A DNA stretch of 63,222 bases, filler included, from Perkinsus chesapeaki ATCC PRA-425 (Eukaryota > Protista > Perkinsozoa), in assembly GCA_013115145.1 (NCBI GenBank). It is 5 parts of 5 records of this genome, joined end to end, with 100 filler letters (N's around TTAATTAATTAA, not from the genome) between each part and the next. Parts side by side here need not be neighbours in the genome. Positions count along the whole stretch, not along the records: positions 24,571 to 56,091 come from JAAPAO010000418.1; positions 56,192 to 57,322 come from JAAPAO010002170.1; positions 57,423 to 61,507 come from JAAPAO010001322.1; 2 more parts are not named here. The stretch is one strand, 5' to 3'. The notes beneath the pieces were generated by a model that was not told where the DNA came from, ran no database searches, and saw only the letters and a program-made list of their open reading frames with translations. This document shows, piece by piece, positions 48,769-59,849 of this stretch (positions are counted from its first letter, which is position 1; each line of letters begins with the position of its first letter). The position numbers were made by a program, and so were the translations under genes.

Positions 48769-51446
48769 TCATCCTCTCCATTCCTCATCGTCACTATTCT
48801 CTTTCTTTCTGCCATAAGTAGTGCGGCGGCCCCCTCCACCCCCGCCACCTATGCTTTGGGCCCCACGAGTGTTCATGCTTTCGCCTCCCTCGGACTCTGC
48901 CGATTCACTGCTGCTTTCATCATCACTATCAAACTCGCTCTCAGAAGACTCGTCATCTGACCAAGAGTCGCTTCCATTGAGTGCCAGTAGTGTCTTACAC
49001 ATTCCTCTGCTTCGTCTCGAAGCTTCCCTCGGCGGTTGATGTCGGAGTGGCACCTCCACCTGATTCGACTGCGACTCGCTGCGCAAAGCCATTCCAGCTT
49101 GTTGCTGAAATATTGCCATAGCGGCCGCCGGAGACATCTGCTGCAATTGAGCCAGGGATTGCCTAGCAGCCGGAGTTGAAGCTTGCGGTATCGCCTGGGT
49201 TGTGGCGGCGGCCGTCTGCTGCGGCGGCGGTTGGAGTACCTGAAAAACATGTGGTAAATCCCCCGGCGGCTGAAAGTTCCTAGGTACCCTTGTCAAGAGG
49301 AAGCCAGTATGTTCTCTTGGTATCCAACTCATCGCTTCACGACACTCCTTAGCATATTTCATCCATGACGGCGTCGACATAGAAATCCATTGAAGCACTA
49401 AACAGTTCGACGTCCCTCCCCATCCGACCAGCACCCTACCGGCTGCTTGGCTGAACTTTCCAGAGGTGTCATTGCATATAGCGACGAGAGCCTGCGGTGG
49501 TCGCCTGATCAAGAGCCTGCTTATCTCTCCCGATAAATGTTGCTCTCTCACCCGGCTGCCTGTTGCTGCTTATCGGTAGGACTGCGAACGAACGCTGGAT
49601 GCGCTACTACAGCACTTGGCGAACCCGTGGCATCACCGAATACGAGACATGAAAGATTCCTCTCCAGATCCTGAGAGCCTTTCTATCGACCGCATCTCCT
49701 CGAGCACGCTTACCGTGAGGGGCGCCCATGTGGCTGCGTAACAGAAAGTTTGGCAAAAGATCTTGGCGTCTGGGATGAAGATGAATCGCTCATCGTAGCT
49801 GCTCGGCTCCGGTGCTGCTGCATTCAGCAATGAGCCCATTGGTCCGGCCTGATAATGACGAAGTTTCCATGTGAGAGCAAGCCACGGGATCTACCTTATC
49901 TCGGCTCAAAAAACGAGGGCAGAAGGGGTTGCCTTCGGTTGTCAAATAACTTGAAAATCTCTCAGCTAAATCTTTGCTCCACTGAAAGCAAGACAAAGTG
50001 GTCAAGCGGATATGCCGCAATCCCTCCATCCGATCGACTCGGGTTCGATCCCCACCTTCATTCCCTGCGATTTCAAATAAGACAAAACATCTTTCATCGC
50101 CGCCTGTGTTGCCCCATCCAATTCGGGTCCGTTTGACGGGGCCTCTTGGACATTATCCACGGTGCTTCGCTCCGCCGGTTCTTTTTTAACTTCTTCTTTT
50201 CCATCACCAGCAGCAGCGTCCTTCATTTCAGTGTCTTCGTCCGCTTCTTCCTCCTTAGTTTCGGTTCCATCAGCAGCAGCACCGTTGTCCGCTGCAGCTT
50301 CTGACTTTGGTTTTTCGTCTGTCTTTTCAGCCTCCGGCTGCGCCTCCACCAAACTGCAAGTAAACCAGAGATTGAGACCATTGTGTGATTCGGAAGTGCG
50401 AAATTCAAGGTAAAGGACTTTTCAATTTCTGTTCCAGATTAACGGCGGCGATTATCGAAATTAACATGAACAAGTATGAGGCGGGCAGAGGGGCTTAAGA
50501 GAGGGGTTACCTTCGTAAATATGCAGCGACTTGATCTCGCTTTCTGAAAAAGTCGGCCAGAAGCCAAACTCCAAGTAGTCGTTGACCAAGGTTTAACAGG
50601 GGGATGCTGAGACCGCGTTTGGTGAGGACAGTAAGGGCCATGAACCTGGAAAAAAAGGCCTCGTCTGGGATTCGTCCTAGACGACCATTCGCTCTGGTTC
50701 GTTAAAGTAACACAGGTCGCTACCTATGAAGTTGGTCGCAGTCCAAGGTTCCGGCAGTCGCTTTGGAAGTGTCAGCACAGCCGCATATCTTTTGCGCGAT
50801 TGTCGATGCGCCATTGGCTGCTCTCTCCGTTCTCGGTTCCTGTCGTTTAGCGTGCTGCTGTTGCTGCTGTTGGGCGTTGACAAGACTAGCAGCAAGGGAA
50901 GTCAAACGACGTCGAGAAAAGGCTTTAAATTGTACCGTTGCTGTTGCAGTTGTCGCAATTGGGCCAATCTGAGAGCCTCTCCAGAACGATCCACCTGTGA
51001 ATCACCATTCATCCAGGTGCCGGAGATTCCTACCTGAGCTTGCGGATGCTCTACACGACTAGCACTGTATGCCTCCTCCGGGACCTTCGCGCCTGCCTTA
51101 TACGCGGCCTGAGGGGGGACGAACCAACGTAACGAGGTCGACGGTCTAAGCGCAGACCTCCAAGACATCTGAACAATACTCCTCAAATTTCTCTCTGTCT
51201 CTGACAAACAGGCCGCTGGAGAACTCAGTCCAAGCTGATAGAAACTGCAGGGCGAATGCTGTGTTGAGTGGCGGTTGCTGAGGAGCTGCCTTGGGCTGAG
51301 GCGCTGCTGCCCGGGGAGCAGACGGCGCGCCTCCTGAAAAAAGTATCCTCGAAATGGAATATGGTGGCTATTTACCTTGCTGGTCGGGAGCGTGGGGGGC
51401 TGCCGATGAGGAGCTGGCCGCTGCATTGGCCGGTGGGACTGGATGC
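48769..51446 (-). CDS. large multi-exon hypothetical protein (Pro/Ala/Gln-rich and acidic segments)
   Basis: MHPVPPANAA...DQQ|GGAPSAP...EEYCSDVLE| start; in-frame phase-0 junction SQGMK|WSKDL across 49982-50055; 260-aa terminal ORF ending DDEEWRG. Confidence 0.6.
49982..50055 (+). other. 74-nt intron whose antisense is tRNA-like (A-box-like and B-box-like)
   Basis: Plus strand AGTGGTCAAGCG...CCCTCCATCCGATCGACTCGGGTTCGATCCCCAC; the donor GT is the complement of the terminal AC. Confidence 0.72.
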
Positions 51447-51584
51447 ATCAGACTCAAGCTCGGAACTGGGGGATACGCTAATAGCGATGTCAGAGTAACG
51501 TCAACACAACGCACATAAAGGAATCCTACTCAATCTCGTCCACCCCACACGAGTGATTGGAGACAATGGAAGTGCAACAACCCT

Positions 51585-52248
51585 CTACTGTGACAGGGAA
51601 TCAACACCGATATCAGCAGCAGCAATAGCAGCAACAACGGGAAGTAGCAATAGTGACGGAACAGAAGGATAGGAACAATGTGACGACACTACTACGACCA
51701 GCATCAGCATCACCAAGATAGATAAGCACACAATGATAATAAGAGTGAGACTAAGGATACAAGCAAGCAAGAAGTATATGGTGATAAGGCTGATAAGGAT
51801 GATGATGATGACGTTACTGCTGTAAGAGCTACTGGGCCAAGGGAGGTCCTTGGCTACAGCTGCTGCCACTGCCGACTCGATTAGGCGAGCCTTCCAGAAG
51901 GAGCAGGAGATTATGCTATCTTTATTGTTGATGACTACTACTACGGAGATAATGATTATATAACTTTCTACTGGTGAAACTAGACAGCAATACAACCTCA
52001 TTACGTTAAGTCGAAAGGAGCTAGTTAGTGCAACAACAGTACTACCACAACAACCACCACCACCACATAGCACAAGTAACAGCAGCATTGAAGTTGAAGC
52101 CAACCCGATTTGACTGATAACAATCAAGCGATTTGCTGGGGACAGCAGACTCAATAGGTCCCACAGCATATAGTATAAGTAAGAAGAAGATGACCACAGC
52201 TGAGAAGGATCTTGACCGTTGGTGACGTTGCAAGCTCAACGGACTCAA
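51585..52248 (-). CDS. possible small secreted or membrane hypothetical protein
   Basis: Signal-peptide-like AVVIFFLLILYAVG and hydrophobic C-terminal tract, but low-complexity sequence may be intronic or UTR. Confidence 0.25.
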
Positions 52249-52899
52249 TGTCCCTCTCGACCGCGATTAGTGTTTAACGGAATCGCCCCTAGTTGGAGGG
52301 ACAAGTTAACAGCGATGGTGTTGTTGTGAATATGAAGCTACTTGATAATGGAAAGGTAGCCTTGAGACCAATATAGACACCAACAAACCATAGCAGAAGC
52401 AGAGATGATAGGCAGTGGTGGAGAAGCATAGTAGGCCAGGAGGAGGACAACTTGAGACTGGCCATCCGAGTGGCACCTAGAGGGATTTAATAAGATGATG
52501 GGGAAGAATTGAAGCGACCTCCTAGACGGAAGGTCTTGAACTGTTTATCGTTATCATTAGTGGAGGGCTAGCAAGACTTGATGATCAACAGCAGCAGCAG
52601 TATCTCTAACGTTGACAGTTTGATAAGGTAGAAGTAAAGAAATAGACAAACCACTAGAGTTACCACTTAAGAGAAACTCCTATGGCGACAACAACAGTAA
52701 GAGCAAGAAGAGGAATAAGACGTGTCGGAGCCTGCGACTAGACTGCTGACCACTTTATACTGAATAGCTTAACTTAGGGCATCATCGGAAAGTGAAACGA
52801 ACAACAACAGACGTTGTGAAGTTGGTGGTGCTATGCGGCCAATGGCAGCACCACCAACCGCTGCTGCTGTTCTATTCCACTTTGACGAGCTCGCCATCA

Positions 52900-55188
52900 T
52901 CATGCTTCAACATACCCCGTTTCCTTTCCCTTATCTTCTTCTTCCTCTCCCTCAAGGGTTGTTGCTTTGTCGTGTTGGATCGCTTCAGGGGACAATGCAA
53001 GCTCTCCAAGGTTTATAGATGATGTCCTTTGCCTTTGCTCTTGATTCTCCACTTGCTTCATGTACTCAAAGTTCTTATTCATCTGCTCGATCCTCTCATG
53101 TATCCCCGGCAGGAGACCATCCAGGGTGTTCCACAATGGGCTCACAACAAAGCTTATGAAGCCAACTTGCAGCTTCGCCAACTCTAGAGAGTCATCCGGC
53201 TCATGTGCCATGAACGGGGCATAGGGAAGTCCTTCCATCTTCTCCGCCTCTGATTGGTGATAGTACTCCGACACCACACGATAGCTCCATTTGTAGTACT
53301 CATCAGAGGGCATCAACGGGTTAGATATATCAGCTGCATGCACCATACCTTGGAGGAGCGTTGGACGATTCTCGGCCAAGGCACCGTCGATCCAGTCACC
53401 AACTTGACGACTATTGCTTTCTCCTGGCGAACCATTGTAGTCCAGAAGGAGCTCTTGCAGCTTGATGGTGATATCGAAGTGAACCTTCATATCCGTCGCA
53501 AGGATAACGGATATCACCGTCTGACGGAAGAGCTCGTAGTCACTGGGATCGCCGGCCTCGTCAGTAGCCGGCCAAGTCGAAGTGAAGTCGACACCTCCAC
53601 CAAGCAAGAGCTCGAAGGTCCTCGCCGCGTGCATGTTCTCCAGCACAGCGGTGTCGTTATATCGCACTGCCAGATGCCTCCTGCCCTTGATGAAGTAGTC
53701 GTTGTTGAAGCCAGGATGATTCACATCATGGCAAAGCGCTCCAACGAGAACGCTAAACTCCTCCAGTGGGGTGCAGATGACATCTCGAGGGCCTCTAGCT
53801 CCGGGACGCACCGAGCACCCGGCGTTGAACATAACATAGCCGACGCAGCTCATGACCTGGTAAGCGTGATAGAAGTTATGATACGGATTGTCGGCGTGGT
53901 AGTCTGAGGCGACCAAGTTGATGAAACCCCAGAGCTTGTTGGCATCAACGAGTTTGCCATCACCAACGAAGTTCCACTTGTCAAATATGCCGTATGTCCG
54001 TCGAACTATCTCCGAGTGGTCAATGTTGAAGAGCTTAGTCTCCCAACTAAGCAGGTCAGGTAGATCCAGAGTATCTACTGTGGGAACCTCGAAAAGGCGC
54101 GCCGCCAGTCTGGCCTCGTCGTAGGCGACAGAGTCGCTGGCCCTTCTAGAAGAGCCGCTGACAGAGCCCCGACCAGTGCTGGTGCTGTCCCTAGCGCCGC
54201 CCATGCCCTCCCTCATCCACTGCTGAACGAAGTTATGGACACTAGGGTCTTCCTTTTGCAGCTGCCTGGATACTCGTCGAAGGACAATGCTCCGGATAGC
54301 ACTGCTGGTCAAGTCGCGGCTCCAACGGTGAGAGACACTCCTCGCCAGCGTGGGGGCGGCGGGTGGGGCGCTCTCATCTTCATCATCATATCGATGCATC
54401 ACTTCACCGGTCTGAATGCTTCGGCGTCGACTTGCCCTCCTTCGACTGTTCTTAGCATCGGGGAAGTAGATGTAGTCGTCCTCATTCTCCTCATCGTCAT
54501 CACTATCATTGTTATCATAAAACTGATGGCGATGATGATGGTGACGGTGATGGTGTCTTTCAACCAGATTGTCCCGTATATAATCACACATAAACTCCCG
54601 AGGGTCACTAGGCGTATGGATGCCAAGTTCGATCAGCATCATGGTGAGGAAGTTCTCCAAATCATATCGTCTGAAGTACGCCAGGACATCCTTGGCGCAC
54701 ACCTTGTGACCGTTGGGGCTCTCCTCAGCAGCTGCAGCAGCACAGGCTGCTACCACCTCAGCCGGGGACGGCGGCCCAGCACTGGTATCTCTTGAAGGAG
54801 AGGAAGAGGAGTGATGATGGCTGTGACCACCGTGACGATGCTGTGATATGGATGACGTTGGCGAGGAAGCAGCCAGGACGATCGAGTCGGCGGCGGCGGT
54901 CGTGTTGCCCTGTATAAGCGGGGATGACACAGGTGGTGGGCCGCTGCTGCTAACTGAACTGCTGCTGTAGCTACTAGAGGCATCATCATAGTCCAACGTA
55001 GAGGAAGTCACTGCCGTCGTCAAGACAGCCTGTTGCAGCGATAATGACGATGCCCTTCTCCCATTATCGGCCGTTTGCTTCATGGTATCGGCTTGATGAG
55101 AGGTATTAGTGGTCGTCGGCATTGTAGTCGCTGCGGGTGAAGTGTAGGTCATATATATTCTTGTGGGGTATGACGATGATGCTAGCAC
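52900..55188 (-). CDS. class I 3',5'-cyclic nucleotide phosphodiesterase, intronless, with N-terminal RIIa/Dpy-30-like docking motif
   Basis: NPYHNFYHA, LCHDVNHPGFNN, YNDTAVLENMHA, ILATDM, HAADISNP, QVGFI; upstream YFRRYDLENFLTMMLIELGIHTPSDPREFMCDYI. Confidence 0.96.
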   Translation of the reverse strand: MLASSSYPTRIYMTYTSPAATTMPTTTNTSHQADTMKQTADNGRRASSLSLQQAVLTTAVTSSTLDYDDASSSYSSSSVSSSGPPPVSSPLIQGNTTAAADSIVLAASSPTSSISQHRHGGHSHHHSSSSPSRDTSAGPPSPAEVVAACAAAAAEESPNGHKVCAKDVLAYFRRYDLENFLTMMLIELGIHTPSDPREFMCDYIRDNLVERHHHRHHHHRHQFYDNNDSDDDEENEDDYIYFPDAKNSRRRASRRRSIQTGEVMHRYDDEDESAPPAAPTLARSVSHRWSRDLTSSAIRSIVLRRVSRQLQKEDPSVHNFVQQWMREGMGGARDSTSTGRGSVSGSSRRASDSVAYDEARLAARLFEVPTVDTLDLPDLLSWETKLFNIDHSEIVRRTYGIFDKWNFVGDGKLVDANKLWGFINLVASDYHADNPYHNFYHAYQVMSCVGYVMFNAGCSVRPGARGPRDVICTPLEEFSVLVGALCHDVNHPGFNNDYFIKGRRHLAVRYNDTAVLENMHAARTFELLLGGGVDFTSTWPATDEAGDPSDYELFRQTVISVILATDMKVHFDITIKLQELLLDYNGSPGESNSRQVGDWIDGALAENRPTLLQGMVHAADISNPLMPSDEYYKWSYRVVSEYYHQSEAEKMEGLPYAPFMAHEPDDSLELAKLQVGFISFVVSPLWNTLDGLLPGIHERIEQMNKNFEYMKQVENQEQRQRTSSINLGELALSPEAIQHDKATTLEGEEEEDKGKETGYVEA

Positions 55189-55463
55189 TTAGTAGCGTAG
55201 GGGGAGGAATAAGAAGGATACAGGGGTACTTATACAACAGTGAACTTATTAAAGATACAAATGATATAAATGGCCTCCACTGAAACCAACACTGTTATAG
55301 TAGAAACTGCATAAATGTGAGATGTTACTAACATTATAGACAACCATCCTTAACAAATATATCACAACAACTTCATCATCACTGCTGCTGTGCTGGTGCT
55401 TCAGGAGACACAGGAGAACTGAGCACATCAGTGGCTGCTAGAATTCCAGAGCAAACTATAAAG

Positions 55464-56091
55464 CTACCTTGCAGCATGTTCGTTGGCAGCTCCTCCCTTC
55501 ACAGGCGAATTCCCCGGAGGCATCTGTGGGCTGGTGTTATTGTTGTTGTTGCCGTAGTAGTAATAACCGTCACCCTGTTGCGGCCACTGCTGTTGGTAAG
55601 GTGATGGAGAGGGCTGTGATGCTGCTGATGCAGGGTATTGCATTTGGTACACGGGATAGGATTGAGGGGCTCCTCCGTAGTAAGGGTATCCAGTAGCTGC
55701 TGCTCCGACTTGTGGGGCATCGACTCCACCGTGAGTGACTGTTGCGTGCTGTTGTTGTTGATGAGGGGCGGACGCATCGCTGTTGTATGAAGCCGATGTT
55801 GCATAGGAGTGCAGATCGCTTTGGGCATCTGGCACTACTGGCTGGGCAGTGGCAGGCTGACCAATAATAGGTGATGAGGAAACCGAAGCTGACGAGGGAG
55901 TCGCCTCGACTACAGGATACTGTTGACTTCCACTTATGGGAAGCTGTTGTCCACTCATAGGAGGCTGTGGTTGCTGTTGTCCACTCATAGGAGGCTGTGG
56001 TTGCTGCTGTCCACTCACAGGAGGCTGTGGTTGCTGCTGTCCACTCACAGGAGGCTGTGGTTGCTGCTGTCCACTCACAGGAGGCTGTGGT
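55464..56091 (-). CDS. Gln/Pro/Tyr-rich low-complexity protein, 5' end lost in gap
   Basis: Open frame with SGQQQPQPP(V/M) repeats and YPYYGG/YQQQW segments, stop at 55464. Confidence 0.55.
55940..56091. repeat. 30-bp coding minisatellite, at least 5 copies, runs into gap
   Basis: Unit GAGGCTGTGGTTGCTGCTGTCCACTCACAG (10 codons on the minus strand). Confidence 0.93.
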
Positions 56092-56191
56092 NNNNNNNNN
56101 NNNNNNNNNNNNNNNNNNNNNNNNNNNNNNNNNNNTTAATTAATTAANNNNNNNNNNNNNNNNNNNNNNNNNNNNNNNNNNNNNNNNNNNN

Positions 56192-57322
56192 CATCTATCA
56201 TAACCATCGAACTTATTGAGAAGTGAGCGCAGGTCTCGATTTTTACGCTCAACGGCTCCATTGCCAGGAGGGTAGTAAGCTGTAGATTTAGGTAGACGAA
56301 GTCCACAAAGCAAACCCAAAGCTTCCCAAAGCTTGGAGCAAAATGCCTGATGGTTGTCACTCTGGATAGAAGTAGGCCAACCAAAGTTAGTAACCCAGTC
56401 GTGGTAGATAGCTTCTGCCGCTGCAAGCGCACTGTGATCCTTGACAGGTATAAAGCATACCCATGACGTCGAGAGGTCAACCACAGTGAGTATCGATGTA
56501 AGATTACCGACAGGCGGTCGTCTCGGGTCGACGTGATCCACGGCCAGGTGCTTGAAGCGGGCACACACAAGGGGCACTGAGGTAAGTGGTGTTGGTTGTT
56601 GGGCATGTAGAGTTGTGGGGGCACAAGTAGGACATCTTCTAATATAGCTTCTGATGTAAGTGCTCATACCAGGAAACCAAATGCACCTCCTCGCCATAAC
56701 ATAAGTGCGAGAGCGACCAATATGTACAGGGCCATCATGGAACAACCAAATAAAGAATTGTTTGGCAGTTAAAGCTCTCGAGGAGTCTGGCGCCTCGGTT
56801 GTGTTGTCAATGATATAGGGAAGTACGAGTAGATCTCGAAAGTCCCCACCCTCAGGTAAAACAGGGACAACACATGTTTCACCGTCGTAGACAACTTCAG
56901 TCAACAGTAGGCCATCAGTATCCATGATAAACCTTCCCGACGCCGCTAGATTGCGTGCCTGAGGCTGGAGGTCCAAGTCCTCATGGGCATCTTGTGATTG
57001 AGTGGCATCAAGTTGCTGAACTTCATCATAGATAGAAGCCAATGTCGCACCACAGTAAGTTGTCGTAGTGTCCTGCTTCTGGAGGTCCACGAGACGTTTC
57101 CTCGTTGGTGAGGTTTTATGGAGAAGTCGTTCAACGGGAACGAGGTTTTCTTCATCTGGACCTTCATGAGTTGTGTCATCAGTGTTGGGTACATCATTGC
57201 CTTCTATGACAGCGAAGACCATATCACTGGCTGGAATTGGGACCAGATTAGAGATTATCCTGGAGAAGGCGTCGGAGAGAAAGTTCGTCTCACCTGGTAT
57301 GTGGCGGTAGTGAATCTTATAT
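56192..57322 (-). mobile_element. Ty3/gypsy-like LTR retrotransposon pol fragment (RNase H end, H2C2, integrase core), bounded by gaps
   Basis: HIPGETNFLSDAFSR; FHDGPVHIG...IWFPGM..CPTC; LAVDHV, VVDLSTSW, SDNHQAF, STAYYPPGNGAVERKN (DDE core). Confidence 0.93.
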
Positions 57323-57422
57323 NNNNNNNNNNNNNNNNNNNNNNNNNNNNNNNNNNNNNNNNNNNNTTAATTAATTAANNNNNNNNNNNNNNNNNNNNNN
57401 NNNNNNNNNNNNNNNNNNNNNN

Positions 57423-57563
57423 TAGTGATACGGAGGAGGATATATAATAGAAAGGAGTTTGATAGGAAATATGTTACTAGTGATACGGAGGAGGAGATAT
57501 AATAGAAAGGAGTTTGATAGGAAATATGTTACTAGTGATACGGAGGAGGAGGAGATATAATAG
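57423..57563. repeat. 55-bp minisatellite, reverse orientation, abutting gap
   Basis: About 2.5 copies, reverse complement of the unit at 1-55, with variable GAG count. Confidence 0.92.
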
Positions 57564-57903
57564 GAGAATAGAGAAGCTCACCTTGCCACAGCGGTCGACA
57601 CATCACTGCCGGCTCGAATTAGAAGCTGACACGACAGAGACGTGCCCGACAATTCATGCCGCTGTGGTACCTTATCGACTCTCTCACCAACGACTGCCTT
57701 CACAGACACATCTGAGAAAGAATAATCAAGATCGAGATTTGTGAAATACTCAACTTTAAGTGAGCCGCGTGAGTTTCAAAACTATAACCCTGATATAACC
57801 GAGATTGATCAAAGAATGAAGCTTACCGCTTTGTGTGTCCCAGTTAGAGGCCGTTGAAGAGTAATCCGAACCTGAAAAATGTACTAAGGGCCAAAAGCCA
57901 ATA

Positions 57904-57975
57904 GGGCTGAGCCGAGAATCGAACCCGGGACCTCGCGCACCCGAAGCGCGAATCATACCACTAGACCACACAGCC
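57904..57975 (-). tRNA. trnP-CGG: tRNA-Pro(CGG), intronless
   Basis: GGCTGTGTGGTCTAGTGGTATGATTCGCGCTTCGGGTGCGCGAGGTCCCGGGTTCGATTCTCGGCTCAGCCC; anticodon stem CGCGC/GCGCG with loop TTCGGGT; TTTT 7 nt downstream; one T-T mismatch in the acceptor stem. Confidence 0.96.
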
Positions 57976-58000
57976 GCTTAGCAGAGCACCCAACTATCAC

Positions 58001-58890
58001 CTATCCTCTTTTCGAGCAGAGCATCAGTAGCCTCAGCAACCTAAATCTCATCAATTCCTTGCAGCAAATAATTTCCACATTACCCTCTCCGCCTTCGCCA
58101 CGCTCCTCTTCCTCTCCGAGTAAGTCGACGATTTCCTTCCGGACGGCAGCCCCGTCCCGAAGTTGTCTCCCGAGACCATCACAGGTGGCAGGGGAGGCTT
58201 GCCGATAGCTACACGGCAATAAATAGCAACACCGTAACAAGCAATAGGCGTCAACGCGAATCATATCCATATAACCCGTCATATTAGGGAGGCAATTCCA
58301 TAACAAATACCCGTTTAAGATCGCCACAGGACAGGGCCCCGAGTCAGGCCGAAGTCCTCGGGGAACTCATTGTCATTTATTATTGTCTATCATCTTCTCT
58401 ACCATTAATTATATTTTGTTATTTATTCTAACTTTCACTCTGCCTGCCCCCGTATTCCGCTAAGTCCAAGCCCCTCCCGATGTTTCGAGGCATCTCAGCC
58501 CCAGCGCGGCCTCTCCGCGGCAAGTACCAACTCCCATCCCTATCCCAACTCACGTATAGCGCCCTTTTCAATTTCCCGTCTGAGACTGCGGCTGACGCTC
58601 ACCTGACCACAGGCTTCGCTAAATGCTAATAAAGTTGCTTTCCAACCCGTGTTGGGCGACGAGCGGAGCTGCTGCCTTTATGGGAGCTCTTGCGGCTTCT
58701 GCGGCTGTCTGTGCTCACGTACCAGTAGATCACTCCAACACCGACAGACAGGAGCATGACGAAGGCGATCCAACCTGAGAGGGACGATCGGGCGAGACAA
58801 GACCGGTGGAGCGCACCGAGAATGCCGTGAGCCTGGATGGTGGTTGTGGCAGTCGGAGCCAAGAAGGCCGACGCCGTATTGGGCATCATG
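58001..58890 (-). CDS. hypothetical single-pass membrane protein, multi-exon
   Basis: MMPNTASAFL...GWIAFVMLLSVGVGVIYWY then a GTGAG-type donor; downstream exon near 58130-58215. Confidence 0.35.
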
Positions 58891-59849
58891 GTCAATAACA
58901 GAAAAGACTTCTGTGGAAACACGACTGAGGGGCTCGTTAGAGGGAAAGAGGTATGTAACAAGTTGATATAGGAAAGGAGCCTAGCAGTAATGTGTGCCTA
59001 ACGCGGAGACACAGTGGGAACTTTGATAAAGAATATGTGACTAGACTGCAATCAACTGGATGCCTCCAGGCACACCTGCCTAAGGTCCTCTATGCTTCCC
59101 TTTATTATTCAGTCAATACGGAGGCCTATACGGCAAGGATGCCCCACGGTTATATCTATATGATATAAATCTTAGTCAGTACGAGCTTGATGCGAGATAT
59201 CATGAGCCAATAGTAGACGAGACGGCGGCCGTTTGTGAAAAAGTCGTAAGCGCGCGCCTTTAGTAATTGCGCCTGTACATGCGTGCAGCTTATTCATACC
59301 GACACTGTCTTTTTGGACATTGAATTTGGGGTATACCCGTGGTTGTTATGGCTTTCACTGTTGGCATATCTGTCAGCCTGCCTCACTTGAGCCACCCTGA
59401 CCAAACCTACTTAGGTGTTAAAATGGACCTAAAGCCCCCCAGAAAAATTGTTGCTTAAACCGTCGTTTGCTCTACCTTATTATACAAGACAATGGAAAAG
59501 TCTCACGTATAGTGGTCCACTATAAGACGCATCTTATTATGTATATAAGTGCTCATCGTTACCTCGACTGATGGTATTCCTTCCTCTAGGAATACACAAG
59601 TACCATAAATTAAGGATGATCTATACCCTTTATGATGGATTTAGCGGGAAGACATAACTGATGGCTCGTCAGTTATGAGTTTAAATATTGTATTGCCTAT
59701 CTTGGACAACATCTTAAAGGCTGAGGGGATTGCCCGATCAGGTCGGGCAATCGGGCCATCTTCCCATTTTCTGACACCTCTAGCTCTTTGGTTCTCAAAC
59801 TGAAACAAAACCCTAACTAGGCTTGCAGTAATCTACTTGCCTTGTGGAT

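Noticed and set aside
53254-54795. Long plus-strand ORFs (217 aa, 186 aa) and similar ones opposite the MMPL and ABCG genes
   Set aside because: Antisense shadows of real CDSs caused by codon bias; no independent motifs.
59384-59394. TGGCTCAAG (minus strand), partial match to the spliced-leader 3' end
   Set aside because: Only 9 nt, no CCGTAGCCAT part and not at a gene start; chance level.
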